A stretch of 64,000 bases of DNA. Origin: Brevibacterium luteolum. Its GTDB lineage: Bacteria > Actinomycetota > Actinomycetes > Actinomycetales > Brevibacteriaceae. The stretch spans positions 1 through 64,000 of the forward strand of contig NZ_JABEMC010000005.1 of the NCBI RefSeq assembly GCF_013004595.1. The letters are read 5' to 3'. A program made the translations under genes and the position numbers. Of the stretch, positions 17,317 through 27,043 are shown one piece after another. Position 1 is the stretch's first letter. Each line of letters starts with the position of its first letter. The notes under the pieces are model-generated. The model was not told where the DNA came from and did no database searches. It saw only the letters and a program-made list of their open reading frames with translations.

Positions 17317-18579
17317 ATGAAGGATTGGCTCAGGCAACAGGCAGCGGGAGTCCTGAAATCGCGAGCCTGGCAACGCACCCGCACATGGATCCGCGGTTAC
17401 CGGGCCCCCGCGGCCGGCCACGAGATCGACGACATCCTCGTCCCCGCCGAGGTCGTCGCGTATTTCGGTGACCACGCCGAAAAGATCTACCAGCTGGAGC
17501 AGTGGCTGCCAGTACTCGAAGAACTCGACAAGACCCACCGCGTTGTCCTCGTATTCCGGAAGCTCAATGCGCTTCGGGCTCTTAAGGGCAGGACAAAGCT
17601 GCAGAAGGTTTTCATCCGCCGTTTCGACGATCTCATCACCCTGTACTACGAAAACGCGTACGCTCTTGGTCTGTACGTGAACAACGGTGTGACGAACTTC
17701 CAGTCGCTGAGCTACCCACCGATGGTGCACGTTCATGTCAATCACGGAGAGTCTGACAAGATCAGCATGGTGTCCAATCAGGCGAAGGCCTATGACAAGG
17801 TGTTCGTCGCCGGCCAAGCTGCTGTCGAACGCCACCGGCGGGCGCTGATTGACTTCAACGAAGCGAACCTCGTTCGCGTCGGTCGCCCGCAGCTCGACAT
17901 TCCGCGCACCTCCAGTCTGCCGCCGACCTCCAAGCGCACCGTGCTGTACGCGCCGACGTGGGAAGGTGAGAACGACTCGAACAACTACACCTCGATCGAT
18001 GTCTACGGCCCGCAGATCGTGGAGGCGGTGCTAGCGCTGCCGAATGTGCGCCTCGTCTACAAGCCCCATCCGCGTGTGCAGGAAACGCAGAACTCGACGA
18101 TGGCTGAAGCCGATGCGCAGATCCGTGCGCTCATAGCCGATTCAAACGCCGCTGGCGGTGAACATCTCGTCGAAATGCAGGGCGACATCCTGGGCATGTT
18201 CGATGCCGTGTCACTGCTCATCACCGATATCTCCAGCGTCGGCCTCGACTTCCTATACCTGCACCCCGAGGTGCCGATCGTACTGACCGATCGCCGCACG
18301 GATCGTGCGACGCTCAATGCCGAGTCTCCGGTCTCTCAGGCAGCGCCAGTCATCGATGAATCGACGATCGGGCAAACGGTGCTGCTGCTCCAGGAGGCGA
18401 TCGAGCATGACAAGTTCGCTTCAGCGCGTGCGGAAATGCGCACGTTCTACTTCGGCGACGGTGAGCCGGGGTCATCGTCGCAGGCGTTCCTGTCAGCGAT
18501 CGACCAGCTCGTCAGCGACCGCCGCCACCAACTGCGCAACTACGACGTCGAGGGTAGCAACATGGAAGCTGCCGACTGA
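17317..18579 (+). CDS. CDP-glycerol glycerophosphotransferase (TagB/TagF) family protein
   Basis: NHGESDK, VLYAPTWEG, YKPHP, LITDISSV. Confidence 0.88.
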   Translation: MKDWLRQQAAGVLKSRAWQRTRTWIRGYRAPAAGHEIDDILVPAEVVAYFGDHAEKIYQLEQWLPVLEELDKTHRVVLVFRKLNALRALKGRTKLQKVFIRRFDDLITLYYENAYALGLYVNNGVTNFQSLSYPPMVHVHVNHGESDKISMVSNQAKAYDKVFVAGQAAVERHRRALIDFNEANLVRVGRPQLDIPRTSSLPPTSKRTVLYAPTWEGENDSNNYTSIDVYGPQIVEAVLALPNVRLVYKPHPRVQETQNSTMAEADAQIRALIADSNAAGGEHLVEMQGDILGMFDAVSLLITDISSVGLDFLYLHPEVPIVLTDRRTDRATLNAESPVSQAAPVIDESTIGQTVLLLQEAIEHDKFASARAEMRTFYFGDGEPGSSSQAFLSAIDQLVSDRRHQLRNYDVEGSNMEAAD

Positions 18580-18644
18580 TATATTGCGGCAGAATTTGAC
18601 TGCTCGATTCACTTCGAAACGATTTGAGACTGGACTGCTCAACC

Positions 18645-20528
18645 ATGTTGATTTCAAACTCTACAGCCTTCGCGCCGCTTCGCAGACACATTCAACAAGC
18701 TCGCGTCAAATTCCCCCGCATACAAATCGTAAGCCTCACTTGGAATATCCCTGAAAATTTCGGTGGACTCACAAACGTTCTGCTACGGCGCACGTCCCTA
18801 ATTGCCCAACTTGGTGGTTTCGATGTGCCAATCTTGACACTTGGCCCTCAGCCAGATGTGAAGGCCAAAGAGCGAGAACTTCGAGAGATTGGAATGATCG
18901 GGAAACGTGTCCACCTGCGCAACGTGTGGGTTGAAATCGCAGCGATGAATGATCGTCAGCTCGATCGACTAGCCATTTCAGGCTTACCGGTACCTCAGAG
19001 AACCCATCCTAGTCCGTCGCACATTGAAGATTCTGACGATAAATGCCGGCGGACGTCTTTCGACTCAACTGGCGCTACCCTGCGAATCGACCACCTGCGT
19101 GCGGACAATACTGTCGTCGTGCGGGACGAACGTAAGGATCCTAACGGGCACGGCGTTATTCTATATAATACTTCTGGAAAACCCCTTTGCAGGTGGGACC
19201 GAATTCGCGACCTGTACTTTGCGTGGATGGACGCGGCCATCGGTGACGAAGAAACATTCTTGATCAACGACTCGGCTTTTATTGGATCTTTTCTTGGACA
19301 TTACCAGCGCCCCCACGTTCGAAAAATTCAAGCGATTCACAGCGCACACCTCGAGCCAGATGCTCCGTCGCTCTATGGCCCCGTATTTGCGGCGAAGAAG
19401 GAGATCATTACTGATCATGCTCAGTTCGACGCCTTGACACTGCTCACTGAGCGTCAGTGCAGTGAACTCCGTAAAGCATTTCCGGCTGCAAATAATACTG
19501 TTGTAATTCCAAATTCGCGACGCGTGGCCAAATCCGGCACTCAAGATATGCGTCACCGAAACCCCGGGTCGGGTATTATCTTAGCAAGATTGTCAAGCGT
19601 AAAACGAATCGACATCGCAATAGATTCTCTGCGAATATTAAAAGAAGACCGAAAGACGACAACACCGACACTAGACATCTTCGGCACCGGGCCAGATTTG
19701 TCACTACTACAAAATTTAGTATCCAACCTGAACCTCAGCAACGACGTAAAATTTCGGGGCTACAGTCACGAGACTTCGAATCTTTTGAACCAAGCATCTT
19801 TCCTCGTACTCAGTAGCAAAAGCGAAGGGTTCGGCCTCGTACTCGTCGAAGCAATGGCTGCGGGGTGCGTTCCAATCGCTTTTGACATCCGATACGGGCC
19901 AAGCGACATCATCACTCACGGTGTCGATGGGTTCCTTGTGCCCGATGGAGACTCCAGTGCGCTTGCCGCAACGATAGCCGAGTTTCTCGAAATGAGCGAG
20001 AAGGACCGTCTCAAGATGAGGAATGCAGCAAGAGCGAATGCTCGGAGGTTTGGGGATGTCACCGTGACACAAATGTGGGCTGAACTCTGCCACCGGTTAA
20101 TCAAACGTCCTGTCCGTCCACTTGTAGCCGGGCGATTTGCCGAAGTATCGTTGATTCGACTGAGTTCTCAAGATTCATTTTCCGCAGTGATACTTTGCGG
20201 TAGGACTGCTGGTGGCTGGGCTTCAGCCGGTGCGGACACGTATCTGAGGGCTCGGACACGTAGCGGACTATATGGCTTTGAAGTACCAGTACGCTTGCAT
20301 GATGACGAAACTTTCGATGTCTCTATACCCTTGACTCATTTTGCTGCTCAAAGCCCAGAAGTATACGATTTCTGGCTCACCGTAGCTGGCGCCCAGCAAC
20401 ACCGACGAGTTTCCGTTGCGACAGGCGCTGAGATCATCCCCCCCTCCTCAACCAATTCGCAGGTTGGACGATTCTACAAAACGGACCAAGGCAACCTCAG
20501 CCTTGCTATCGAGCCGGCACGGCTCTGA
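18645..20528 (+). CDS. GT4 glycosyltransferase, poly(glycerol-phosphate) glucosyltransferase (TagE)-like; AT-rich
   Basis: GGLTNVLLRR, ARLSSVKRID, SKSEGFGLVLVEAMAAGC, DIRYGPSDIITHGVDG. Confidence 0.85.
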   Translation: MLISNSTAFAPLRRHIQQARVKFPRIQIVSLTWNIPENFGGLTNVLLRRTSLIAQLGGFDVPILTLGPQPDVKAKERELREIGMIGKRVHLRNVWVEIAAMNDRQLDRLAISGLPVPQRTHPSPSHIEDSDDKCRRTSFDSTGATLRIDHLRADNTVVVRDERKDPNGHGVILYNTSGKPLCRWDRIRDLYFAWMDAAIGDEETFLINDSAFIGSFLGHYQRPHVRKIQAIHSAHLEPDAPSLYGPVFAAKKEIITDHAQFDALTLLTERQCSELRKAFPAANNTVVIPNSRRVAKSGTQDMRHRNPGSGIILARLSSVKRIDIAIDSLRILKEDRKTTTPTLDIFGTGPDLSLLQNLVSNLNLSNDVKFRGYSHETSNLLNQASFLVLSSKSEGFGLVLVEAMAAGCVPIAFDIRYGPSDIITHGVDGFLVPDGDSSALAATIAEFLEMSEKDRLKMRNAARANARRFGDVTVTQMWAELCHRLIKRPVRPLVAGRFAEVSLIRLSSQDSFSAVILCGRTAGGWASAGADTYLRARTRSGLYGFEVPVRLHDDETFDVSIPLTHFAAQSPEVYDFWLTVAGAQQHRRVSVATGAEIIPPSSTNSQVGRFYKTDQGNLSLAIEPARL

Positions 20529-20534
20529 ATCCGA

Positions 20535-21986
20535 TCAGCGCCTCACTGCGTTCTTGATCTTCCGTGCCCAGGCCAGGATTTCACCAAGCCGACCGGTAGT
20601 CAGCTTGATGCTGATATTGCCCTGTGCTGTACAGTACGGATGCACGTTCCCGCGCGCCACCAGCGAAGCCTCGACTTCAGGCGCCGAAGCGACGCGGGCC
20701 CGCTGCACCAAATCCTTGCGCGGGTCGTCGTCATAACCCACTCGGCGGATGAGGTGAAGATCGACGACGCGTTCACTCGGAACCAGGAGTCTCCGCCAGC
20801 CCAACCGGAACTCTGCCGTGATGGTGTTGCTCTTTTTATCAGCGCCTCGGGTCAGCCGTACCGCCGGAAGCATGTAGCTCCAGTTCGAGCCGCGCTTTGA
20901 GACTTGCAGGACATGCGACTCGTCCACAGCGCCGCCAGAGAAGACCCGGGAACGGATCTGCAGCTCGGCACCGCGGGAGGTGAGTTGCCACCGCACAAGC
21001 GTGGGGGCAAGCTCAACAGCTGCGATCTGTGAACCAACGCGAATCGCCTCGATGTCGCCGGCTCTCACCCATTCGCTGCGACTGCGGAATGGCTCCTCAA
21101 GGGCGGCTTCCAGTTCGACGGGAATGAACTCCCGCTGGAACTGCTGATGCACCTCGATGAATCGCTTTGCGCGCTCCTGCTTAAGCCTGACGAACCGATC
21201 CGGTGCGTAGAACTTCAAACATTTGCGACGGTACAAATCGAGGATGATCCGGTCGGCTCGCTTAGGATCCGGATCGTAATCGCGAATGTTCCGGCTCACC
21301 TGAGCGATCGCCCAGGTGTACTCATCGGGATCGAGGTAGCGAGAGCTGATGTTCTGCCCGTCGTCGCGGGACCGGATCTGATAGTAGTCTGCGCCGGTGA
21401 CCACCGACACCCGCTGCGCTAGGAAATAGGCCCGCGAGAGCATGATGCCGTCTTCGAGCCTGACTTTCTCCTCGGGGAATCGCAGTCCGTGCTTGTCGAG
21501 GAACGTTCGACGGAAGAGCTTCATCGGGCCCAATGTCTTCAGCACGCTCGAAAGGTCCGCATCGATGCGCGTACGGGCATAGAGCTTGGGTTGCACCCAG
21601 CGGCCGTTAATCGACCCCATCTGCGGCAGCACGATATCGGAGGCGTGCGCATCAGCAAAGTCACACATCACGGTGAACGCACTGGGGTCGAACTTGTCAT
21701 CGGAGTCCGCGAAGAAAACATAGCGGCCGCGAGCCGCATTCAGAGCCCGGTTGCGCGGCTGGCCTGGCCACCCCCAGTTCTCCTGATGGATGACGTGCAG
21801 GTTGCTGTGGGTGGCGGCAAAGCGGTCGAGTTCGTCACCGCTACCGTCCGTTGAGCCGTCGTCAACGGCAATGACTTCGAACTCTGCGGCCGGCATCGTC
21901 TGTGAGAACACAGAATCGAGAAGCTCTGTGAGGTATGGCATCGAGTTGTAGACGGGGATGATGAGGGAGAGCCTTAGCTCGGTCAT
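20535..21986 (-). CDS. Glycosyltransferase family 2 (TarS/TarP-like N-terminus)
   Basis: IIPVYN, VDDGSTDGS, GWPGQPRN, FADSDD, RLEDG. Confidence 0.88.
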   Translation of the reverse strand: MTELRLSLIIPVYNSMPYLTELLDSVFSQTMPAAEFEVIAVDDGSTDGSGDELDRFAATHSNLHVIHQENWGWPGQPRNRALNAARGRYVFFADSDDKFDPSAFTVMCDFADAHASDIVLPQMGSINGRWVQPKLYARTRIDADLSSVLKTLGPMKLFRRTFLDKHGLRFPEEKVRLEDGIMLSRAYFLAQRVSVVTGADYYQIRSRDDGQNISSRYLDPDEYTWAIAQVSRNIRDYDPDPKRADRIILDLYRRKCLKFYAPDRFVRLKQERAKRFIEVHQQFQREFIPVELEAALEEPFRSRSEWVRAGDIEAIRVGSQIAAVELAPTLVRWQLTSRGAELQIRSRVFSGGAVDESHVLQVSKRGSNWSYMLPAVRLTRGADKKSNTITAEFRLGWRRLLVPSERVVDLHLIRRVGYDDDPRKDLVQRARVASAPEVEASLVARGNVHPYCTAQGNISIKLTTGRLGEILAWARKIKNAVRR

Positions 21987-22093
21987 TTCCACCCTTTCCG
22001 ATTCAGGTGTTTCTCCACACGAGAGCGGTTCTGGTGAGTGCTGAGCCGCACGAGCCGCGGGCCTCACACCCTTGCCCAAGTGAACCATCAGCT

Positions 22094-23167
22094 CTACACT
22101 ACTGGCGGTCGGCCGTAGCGGGCCATCCGCAGCAGCCCGCGAGTGGAGAGCTTTTCGTGATCTTCTTCAGGACCCCAGGGGTCATCGCGCCAACCATCGA
22201 TCCAGCCGCTGAACCAGGGTCGCAGCTGCTCGGGTTTGGTTGCCCAGCGCGTGGTCTGCATGAGCGTCCAGGACGCCACGTAGGCGAGGCTGAACGGCAG
22301 GGGCAAGTTGCGTCTGGCCAGCCACACGCGGTTGCGGGCGTTCATGTAGAAGTACTCTTCGTGCCGCCGCTGATCGATCACTGGGTGGGCGACCGAGACA
22401 TCGCCCATGTACCAGACCTGGTAGCCAGCATCCCAGATCCGCCAGGCCAGTTCGATGCCCTCATGGGCGTACCAGAACGGCGCTGGCCAGCCGCCACAAG
22501 CGTCGAAGGCCTTGCGCTGCAGGCACACCGCCCCCTCCCACACGGAGAAGACGTTCGAGGACTGCTCAGCGCTGCCCTTCTTCAGGCGCGGAATCCAGCG
22601 TTTGGGTGCCGGTGTGCCGGAGGGGTCCTCGACGCGCGGTTGGATGAGACCGATGCTGGGCTTGGTGCGCATGAGCTGCGCCATGCGCATGAGGGTCGTG
22701 TCGTCAGGCAGCCAGGCATCATCATCGAGGAAGAAGAGGAACTCCCCCTCGACATGCGGCACGCCCTCGTTGCGTCCGGCCGGAATGCCGATGTTGTTCG
22801 GAAGCGCCTGCGTCTTGACCTGCGCCGGCAGGCCAGATGGCTCCCAGCCGTTGCCCACGCAAATGATGTCGAGATCCACGCCGCGCTGAGCGAGCAGCGA
22901 ATCAATGCCGCGGCGCAGGTCATCCATCCTCTTACCCTGTGTAAGCACGACGACACCGAAGGAGTACAGACGCGACTTCTTCGCAGCAGCTTTCTCCTCC
23001 GCAGCCGAGGTGCCGGGCAGGTGGCCGTGGCGGGCGCGCACCGCACGTTCGAGTTTGCGGCGCTCCCGCGAGCTGTCACGCAGGGACCCGAGCTGCGGGG
23101 TGTCGAAGGCCCCCGTCGGGATCGGCCGAGTGGCGTCCTTGTGCGTATGGATGTGTTCGTGTGTCAT
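22094..23167 (-). CDS. Glycosyltransferase family 2
   Basis: NIGIPAGRNEG, FLDDDA, FWYAHEGIELAWR, ARNRVWLARRNLP. Confidence 0.88.
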   Translation of the reverse strand: MTHEHIHTHKDATRPIPTGAFDTPQLGSLRDSSRERRKLERAVRARHGHLPGTSAAEEKAAAKKSRLYSFGVVVLTQGKRMDDLRRGIDSLLAQRGVDLDIICVGNGWEPSGLPAQVKTQALPNNIGIPAGRNEGVPHVEGEFLFFLDDDAWLPDDTTLMRMAQLMRTKPSIGLIQPRVEDPSGTPAPKRWIPRLKKGSAEQSSNVFSVWEGAVCLQRKAFDACGGWPAPFWYAHEGIELAWRIWDAGYQVWYMGDVSVAHPVIDQRRHEEYFYMNARNRVWLARRNLPLPFSLAYVASWTLMQTTRWATKPEQLRPWFSGWIDGWRDDPWGPEEDHEKLSTRGLLRMARYGRPPVV

Positions 23168-23997
23168 GCCGACAATCTCCTTGAGGCCATGATCGCCAGG
23201 AAGTGCCCGACCACCGACAGCGCACACAGCGGCACTAGGAGGGTGATGAGCCAGCGCTCTCCAATGAGCTCTGGTCCGGCACTGGTTGAGGCGACGAGGG
23301 TGACGATCGCGGCGATGACGGCCAGGATCGACATCTCGACTGAGTGGTACAGGCGGTGAAAGGGAACGAAGCGGGCGACCAGTTTGAGGGTGGCGAGCAG
23401 ACCTGAGGGAATGGCGGTGGCCTGAGCGGTGTCCGGCAGCTTGCCGAGGCCGTTGAAGGCGCGGGCGACATGCACCATGTCGTTAAGAGCCTTGTTGAGA
23501 ATCACAAGGAACCCGAGGATCGCTCCGGCCAGCAGGTACGGGTATGAGCCCGCCGGGTCGTCGTGCAGGTTGGAGAACTCACCGACGGCACGGGCGCCCA
23601 GGGCGATCGCAACGAGTCCTTCGGTGGTGTAATGGCCGACTTTGTCGAGAAAGACGCCCGTGGCCCCCATCGTGCCGCGCCAGCGTGCGACCTCACCATC
23701 GCAGCAGTCCAGGTACATCTGCAGCTGCGAGAAGAACAGTGCCAGCAGCGGGCCGAGCAGCCCCGGAATCAGCAGCGAGGCTGCGATTAGCCAGCCGGAG
23801 AGGATCATGAGTCCGGTGACGCCGTTGGCGGTGATCGGGGTGCGGACGAGCAACACCGTCGTATAGATCGAGAAGTGGCGCAGGTACAGCTGTGCGGTCC
23901 AGTGCTCGGCGTTCTTCCGGGCACGCACCTCTGGAGGCTGCGCGATAGCGCGCAGCTCTTCGAGCGTCGGCCGCTGCGGCCGGACAGGACTGAGCAC
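23164..23997 (-). CDS. CDP-alcohol phosphatidyltransferase family protein
   Basis: DCCDGEVARWRG...GVFLDKVGH (DxxDGxxAR...GxxxD). Confidence 0.9.
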   Translation of the reverse strand: MLSPVRPQRPTLEELRAIAQPPEVRARKNAEHWTAQLYLRHFSIYTTVLLVRTPITANGVTGLMILSGWLIAASLLIPGLLGPLLALFFSQLQMYLDCCDGEVARWRGTMGATGVFLDKVGHYTTEGLVAIALGARAVGEFSNLHDDPAGSYPYLLAGAILGFLVILNKALNDMVHVARAFNGLGKLPDTAQATAIPSGLLATLKLVARFVPFHRLYHSVEMSILAVIAAIVTLVASTSAGPELIGERWLITLLVPLCALSVVGHFLAIMASRRLSA

Positions 23998-24083
23998 ATT
24001 CCCTCCAAGCTGATCGCGGCTGTCCAGATCGGTCTGACCGTTCAGTTTACCGTCAATTCACCGGAAGGACATGCAGGTACCGT

Positions 24084-25064
24084 TCAGCCCTGTGCCTGGC
24101 TGCCTTTTGCCTCGACAGCGGAGGTGATGATGTCGGTGAGGTCGTACTGCGCCTTCCATGCGAACTCGCGCCCGATCCGGTCGACATTGGCGATGAGCTG
24201 TGGTGGGTCACCAGCGCGACGTTCGCCCATGACGGGGGTGATCGGTCGGCCTAGGACGCGTGCCACTGTGTCGATCACCTCGCTGACGGAGGCGCCGGCA
24301 CCGGTGCCGACATTGAAGACGGACTCCGAAGTCGGGCCCTCACTGGCCGCGAGATAGTCGAGGGCATAAATATGAGCTTCGGCCAGATCGGCAACGTGGA
24401 CGTAGTCGCGGATGCACGTACCGTCCGGTGTGTCGTAGTCGTCTCCGAAGATCACCGGCGCCTCTCCACGGCCGATCCGGTCGAGAACGATCGGAACGAG
24501 GTTCATGATCGCTGTGTCGGCGAGATCCTCCCAGCCGGTGCCAGCGACGTTGAAGTAGCGCAGCTTTGCAGCCTTGAGGCCGGTGGCGGTCATGGCGTTG
24601 TCGATCATCCATTCGCCAATCAGCTTGGTCTGGCCGTACGGATTGATCGGCTTGCAGTCGATGTCCTCCGGCACCTGCTGCACGTCCGGCATACCGTATG
24701 TTGCTGCCGAGGATGAGAACACCATGGTTCCAACGCTGGATGCTTCCATCGCGGCGAGCAGATTCGCCAGCCCTCCGACGTTCTGTCGGTAGTACCAGAT
24801 GGGCTTCTCAACGGACTCTCCCACCTGCTTTTTTGCAGCAAAGTGGATAACGGAGTCGACTCCGTACTCAGTGATCACCTGCGCGAGCCGAGGTTCAGCA
24901 TCGGGCTCGGCAAGGTCGATCCGCTCCAACGGCGTGCTGCTGACGCGATTCTCGACTCCGGTGGACAGATCATCCACTACCACAACGCGGTCACCCCGCT
25001 GTTCCAACATGCGAACAACGTGGGAGCCAATGTACCCGGCGCCACCGGTCACCAGTACTGACAT
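24084..25064 (-). CDS. galE: UDP-glucose 4-epimerase
   Basis: GGAGYIGSH, FSSSAATYG, PYGQTK, LRYFN, PDGTCIRDYVHV. Confidence 0.95.
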   Translation of the reverse strand: MSVLVTGGAGYIGSHVVRMLEQRGDRVVVVDDLSTGVENRVSSTPLERIDLAEPDAEPRLAQVITEYGVDSVIHFAAKKQVGESVEKPIWYYRQNVGGLANLLAAMEASSVGTMVFSSSAATYGMPDVQQVPEDIDCKPINPYGQTKLIGEWMIDNAMTATGLKAAKLRYFNVAGTGWEDLADTAIMNLVPIVLDRIGRGEAPVIFGDDYDTPDGTCIRDYVHVADLAEAHIYALDYLAASEGPTSESVFNVGTGAGASVSEVIDTVARVLGRPITPVMGERRAGDPPQLIANVDRIGREFAWKAQYDLTDIITSAVEAKGSQAQG

Positions 25065-25146
25065 CGCCACTCCTCCATGCGCAACTTCGCTGACGCGGCC
25101 TTACACCGAATGATCGCACACACGGCGAACTTGGCGCTCTCCAGGC

Positions 25147-25533
25147 CTACGACGAGAGGTCGGACTTGATCTGCGTCGTTGAGATCTCAGGTGTGCGTGG
25201 CAAGTAGACGACCTCACAGTGCTCTTCGAGTTCGTCGAACTTCCCTTGCCAGTCGTCGCCCATGACGAATACGTCGATGTGATACCGCTGTACGTCGTCG
25301 GGTTTCTGCTCCCACGTTTCCTCTGGGATAACGAGGTCGACGTACCTGATCGCTTCGAGCATGCGCTTGCGATCTTCGTAGCTGAAGTACGACTTCTTTC
25401 CCTTGCCAGCATTGAACTCATCCGTCGAAAGCGCTACGACGAGGTAGTCGCCTTGTTCTTTGCACCGCTGCAGCAGGCGGATGTGGCCGTAGTGCAGCAG
25501 GTCGAACGTGCCGTAAGTGATGATGCGGCGCAT
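25147..25533 (-). CDS. tagD: Glycerol-3-phosphate cytidylyltransferase
   Basis: YGTFDLLHYGH, STDEFN, WEQK, MGDDW, RTPEISTT. Confidence 0.95.
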   Translation of the reverse strand: MRRIITYGTFDLLHYGHIRLLQRCKEQGDYLVVALSTDEFNAGKGKKSYFSYEDRKRMLEAIRYVDLVIPEETWEQKPDDVQRYHIDVFVMGDDWQGKFDELEEHCEVVYLPRTPEISTTQIKSDLSS

Positions 25534-25659
25534 TGGTGAAGTCTCCGTTGTTTGGAAGCGACGGTAACAGGGCCTCGCCGGGAAGCAGGCCGGGATCCGC
25601 ATAATGGTAACGGGTTAATTACACCTAGGTAAAATCTGTGCGAACGCCCCCGCGGGGGC

Positions 25660-26979
25660 CTACCGCCTTTTGCCTCTCACCTGGCTTGCACCAGTGCGTC
25701 CCGACCCACTGAGCTCACTTGTACTGCGTTCTCCGACGATTCGAATCGTCGCAGCTTCGAAGCGAAGCTGCTGCTGACCCGGTTCCGTGTTTCCGAGGTA
25801 GTGGGCCTGGGCATCGCGCACCGCACCGCTATCAGACGAACCCGCAGTTGCGATCACTAGGTCGACGATTTCACTCGGCTGACGCGCCTCACCCGCGGGC
25901 ACACGGTCGAAGAGCCCACCAGGCAGCACTTCTGCACCGGGATCATCCGGCCGGACGAGTACGAGCGGCTTGCCTGTCGAGAGCCAGTCGAAGGCCAATG
26001 CCGACATTTCGGCAAGGCATGCACCAGCTGCGTCGAACTGCCACCCCAGGTGAGCATCATCGTCGAGGTATCCGCGCGGATGCTCAATCACCAACTGTTT
26101 GACCGCAGCCAGCGCCTGTGCCGTTCCGACATCCATGACCCCGGTACGCGGGTGGGGGCGGAAGATCACCCGACAGCCGGCATCAAGCAGCCCGCGCACG
26201 ATTGCCGGGCCGTTGTGCTTGAGGGTGCCATACGCCATCGACGGGGAGTCACCCTCCCAGGTGGGGGCGTAGAACACGGTCAACCGTACGCTACCGCTCA
26301 CCTCCTGCCAGGCCTGCGGCGCCTGGCGCGGCGCGTCGAGCTGCGGGCGACCGATGTCGATCATGCGCGCTTCGCCGCCCTGCTCCCGGAATCCGACGAG
26401 CGTGTCTAAGAGGCGCTGGCGAGCGGCCTGGCCAGCGGTGAAGATGTAATCGTAGGCCTTGAGCTGATTGGAGATCATCGAGACCTTCTCGCTCTCCCCG
26501 TGACTCAGGTGCACATGCGCTGGCCGGGTGAAGCGCAGCGCCTGGAAATTCATCGTCGCTTGGTTGACGTAGAAGACGACACGCAGACTCGGCTGACCCA
26601 TAAAGGCTTCAAGGTCCTTGGCAAGCCGGCCGAAACGAACCGGAAGCTGGGTAGCCGGTGTGATGCTGCGGGCGTGCTCGGCACTGCGACAGAAGATCGC
26701 CAACGGGGCCTCACCGTGCCCTTCCTCGACAAGGCGCTCAGACAGCCTCTCAAACGGCACCAGCCATTCACGCAGCTGATAGAGGCTGGCCGCATCCCCG
26801 GCGAAATAGGCCGCAACGACGAAAGCGTCGTCCGGTTGCGGCGCATATGTCGGGGCAAGTCCGCGTTCGGCGAGACGACCGCGGACCAACGTCGCACTGG
26901 CGCGTGCGATCGACCGGCCACGATTGACAGCCTGGATGCCGACTCGACGCAACTGGTCGGAGCGTGTCGGGAAACTCAT
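25660..26979 (-). CDS. CDP-glycerol glycerophosphotransferase family protein (paralogue of 17317-18579)
   Basis: SHGESEK, IGRPQLD, FYAPTWEG, FRPHP; ATG lies 7 nt after TAGGGT. Confidence 0.85.
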   Translation of the reverse strand: MSFPTRSDQLRRVGIQAVNRGRSIARASATLVRGRLAERGLAPTYAPQPDDAFVVAAYFAGDAASLYQLREWLVPFERLSERLVEEGHGEAPLAIFCRSAEHARSITPATQLPVRFGRLAKDLEAFMGQPSLRVVFYVNQATMNFQALRFTRPAHVHLSHGESEKVSMISNQLKAYDYIFTAGQAARQRLLDTLVGFREQGGEARMIDIGRPQLDAPRQAPQAWQEVSGSVRLTVFYAPTWEGDSPSMAYGTLKHNGPAIVRGLLDAGCRVIFRPHPRTGVMDVGTAQALAAVKQLVIEHPRGYLDDDAHLGWQFDAAGACLAEMSALAFDWLSTGKPLVLVRPDDPGAEVLPGGLFDRVPAGEARQPSEIVDLVIATAGSSDSGAVRDAQAHYLGNTEPGQQQLRFEAATIRIVGERSTSELSGSGRTGASQVRGKRR

Positions 26980-27043
26980 GCCCATCACCCTAGCCTGCAT
27001 CCGTGCACAGCAACCGGGAATCGGCAGACCTGCACTGGTGTCA

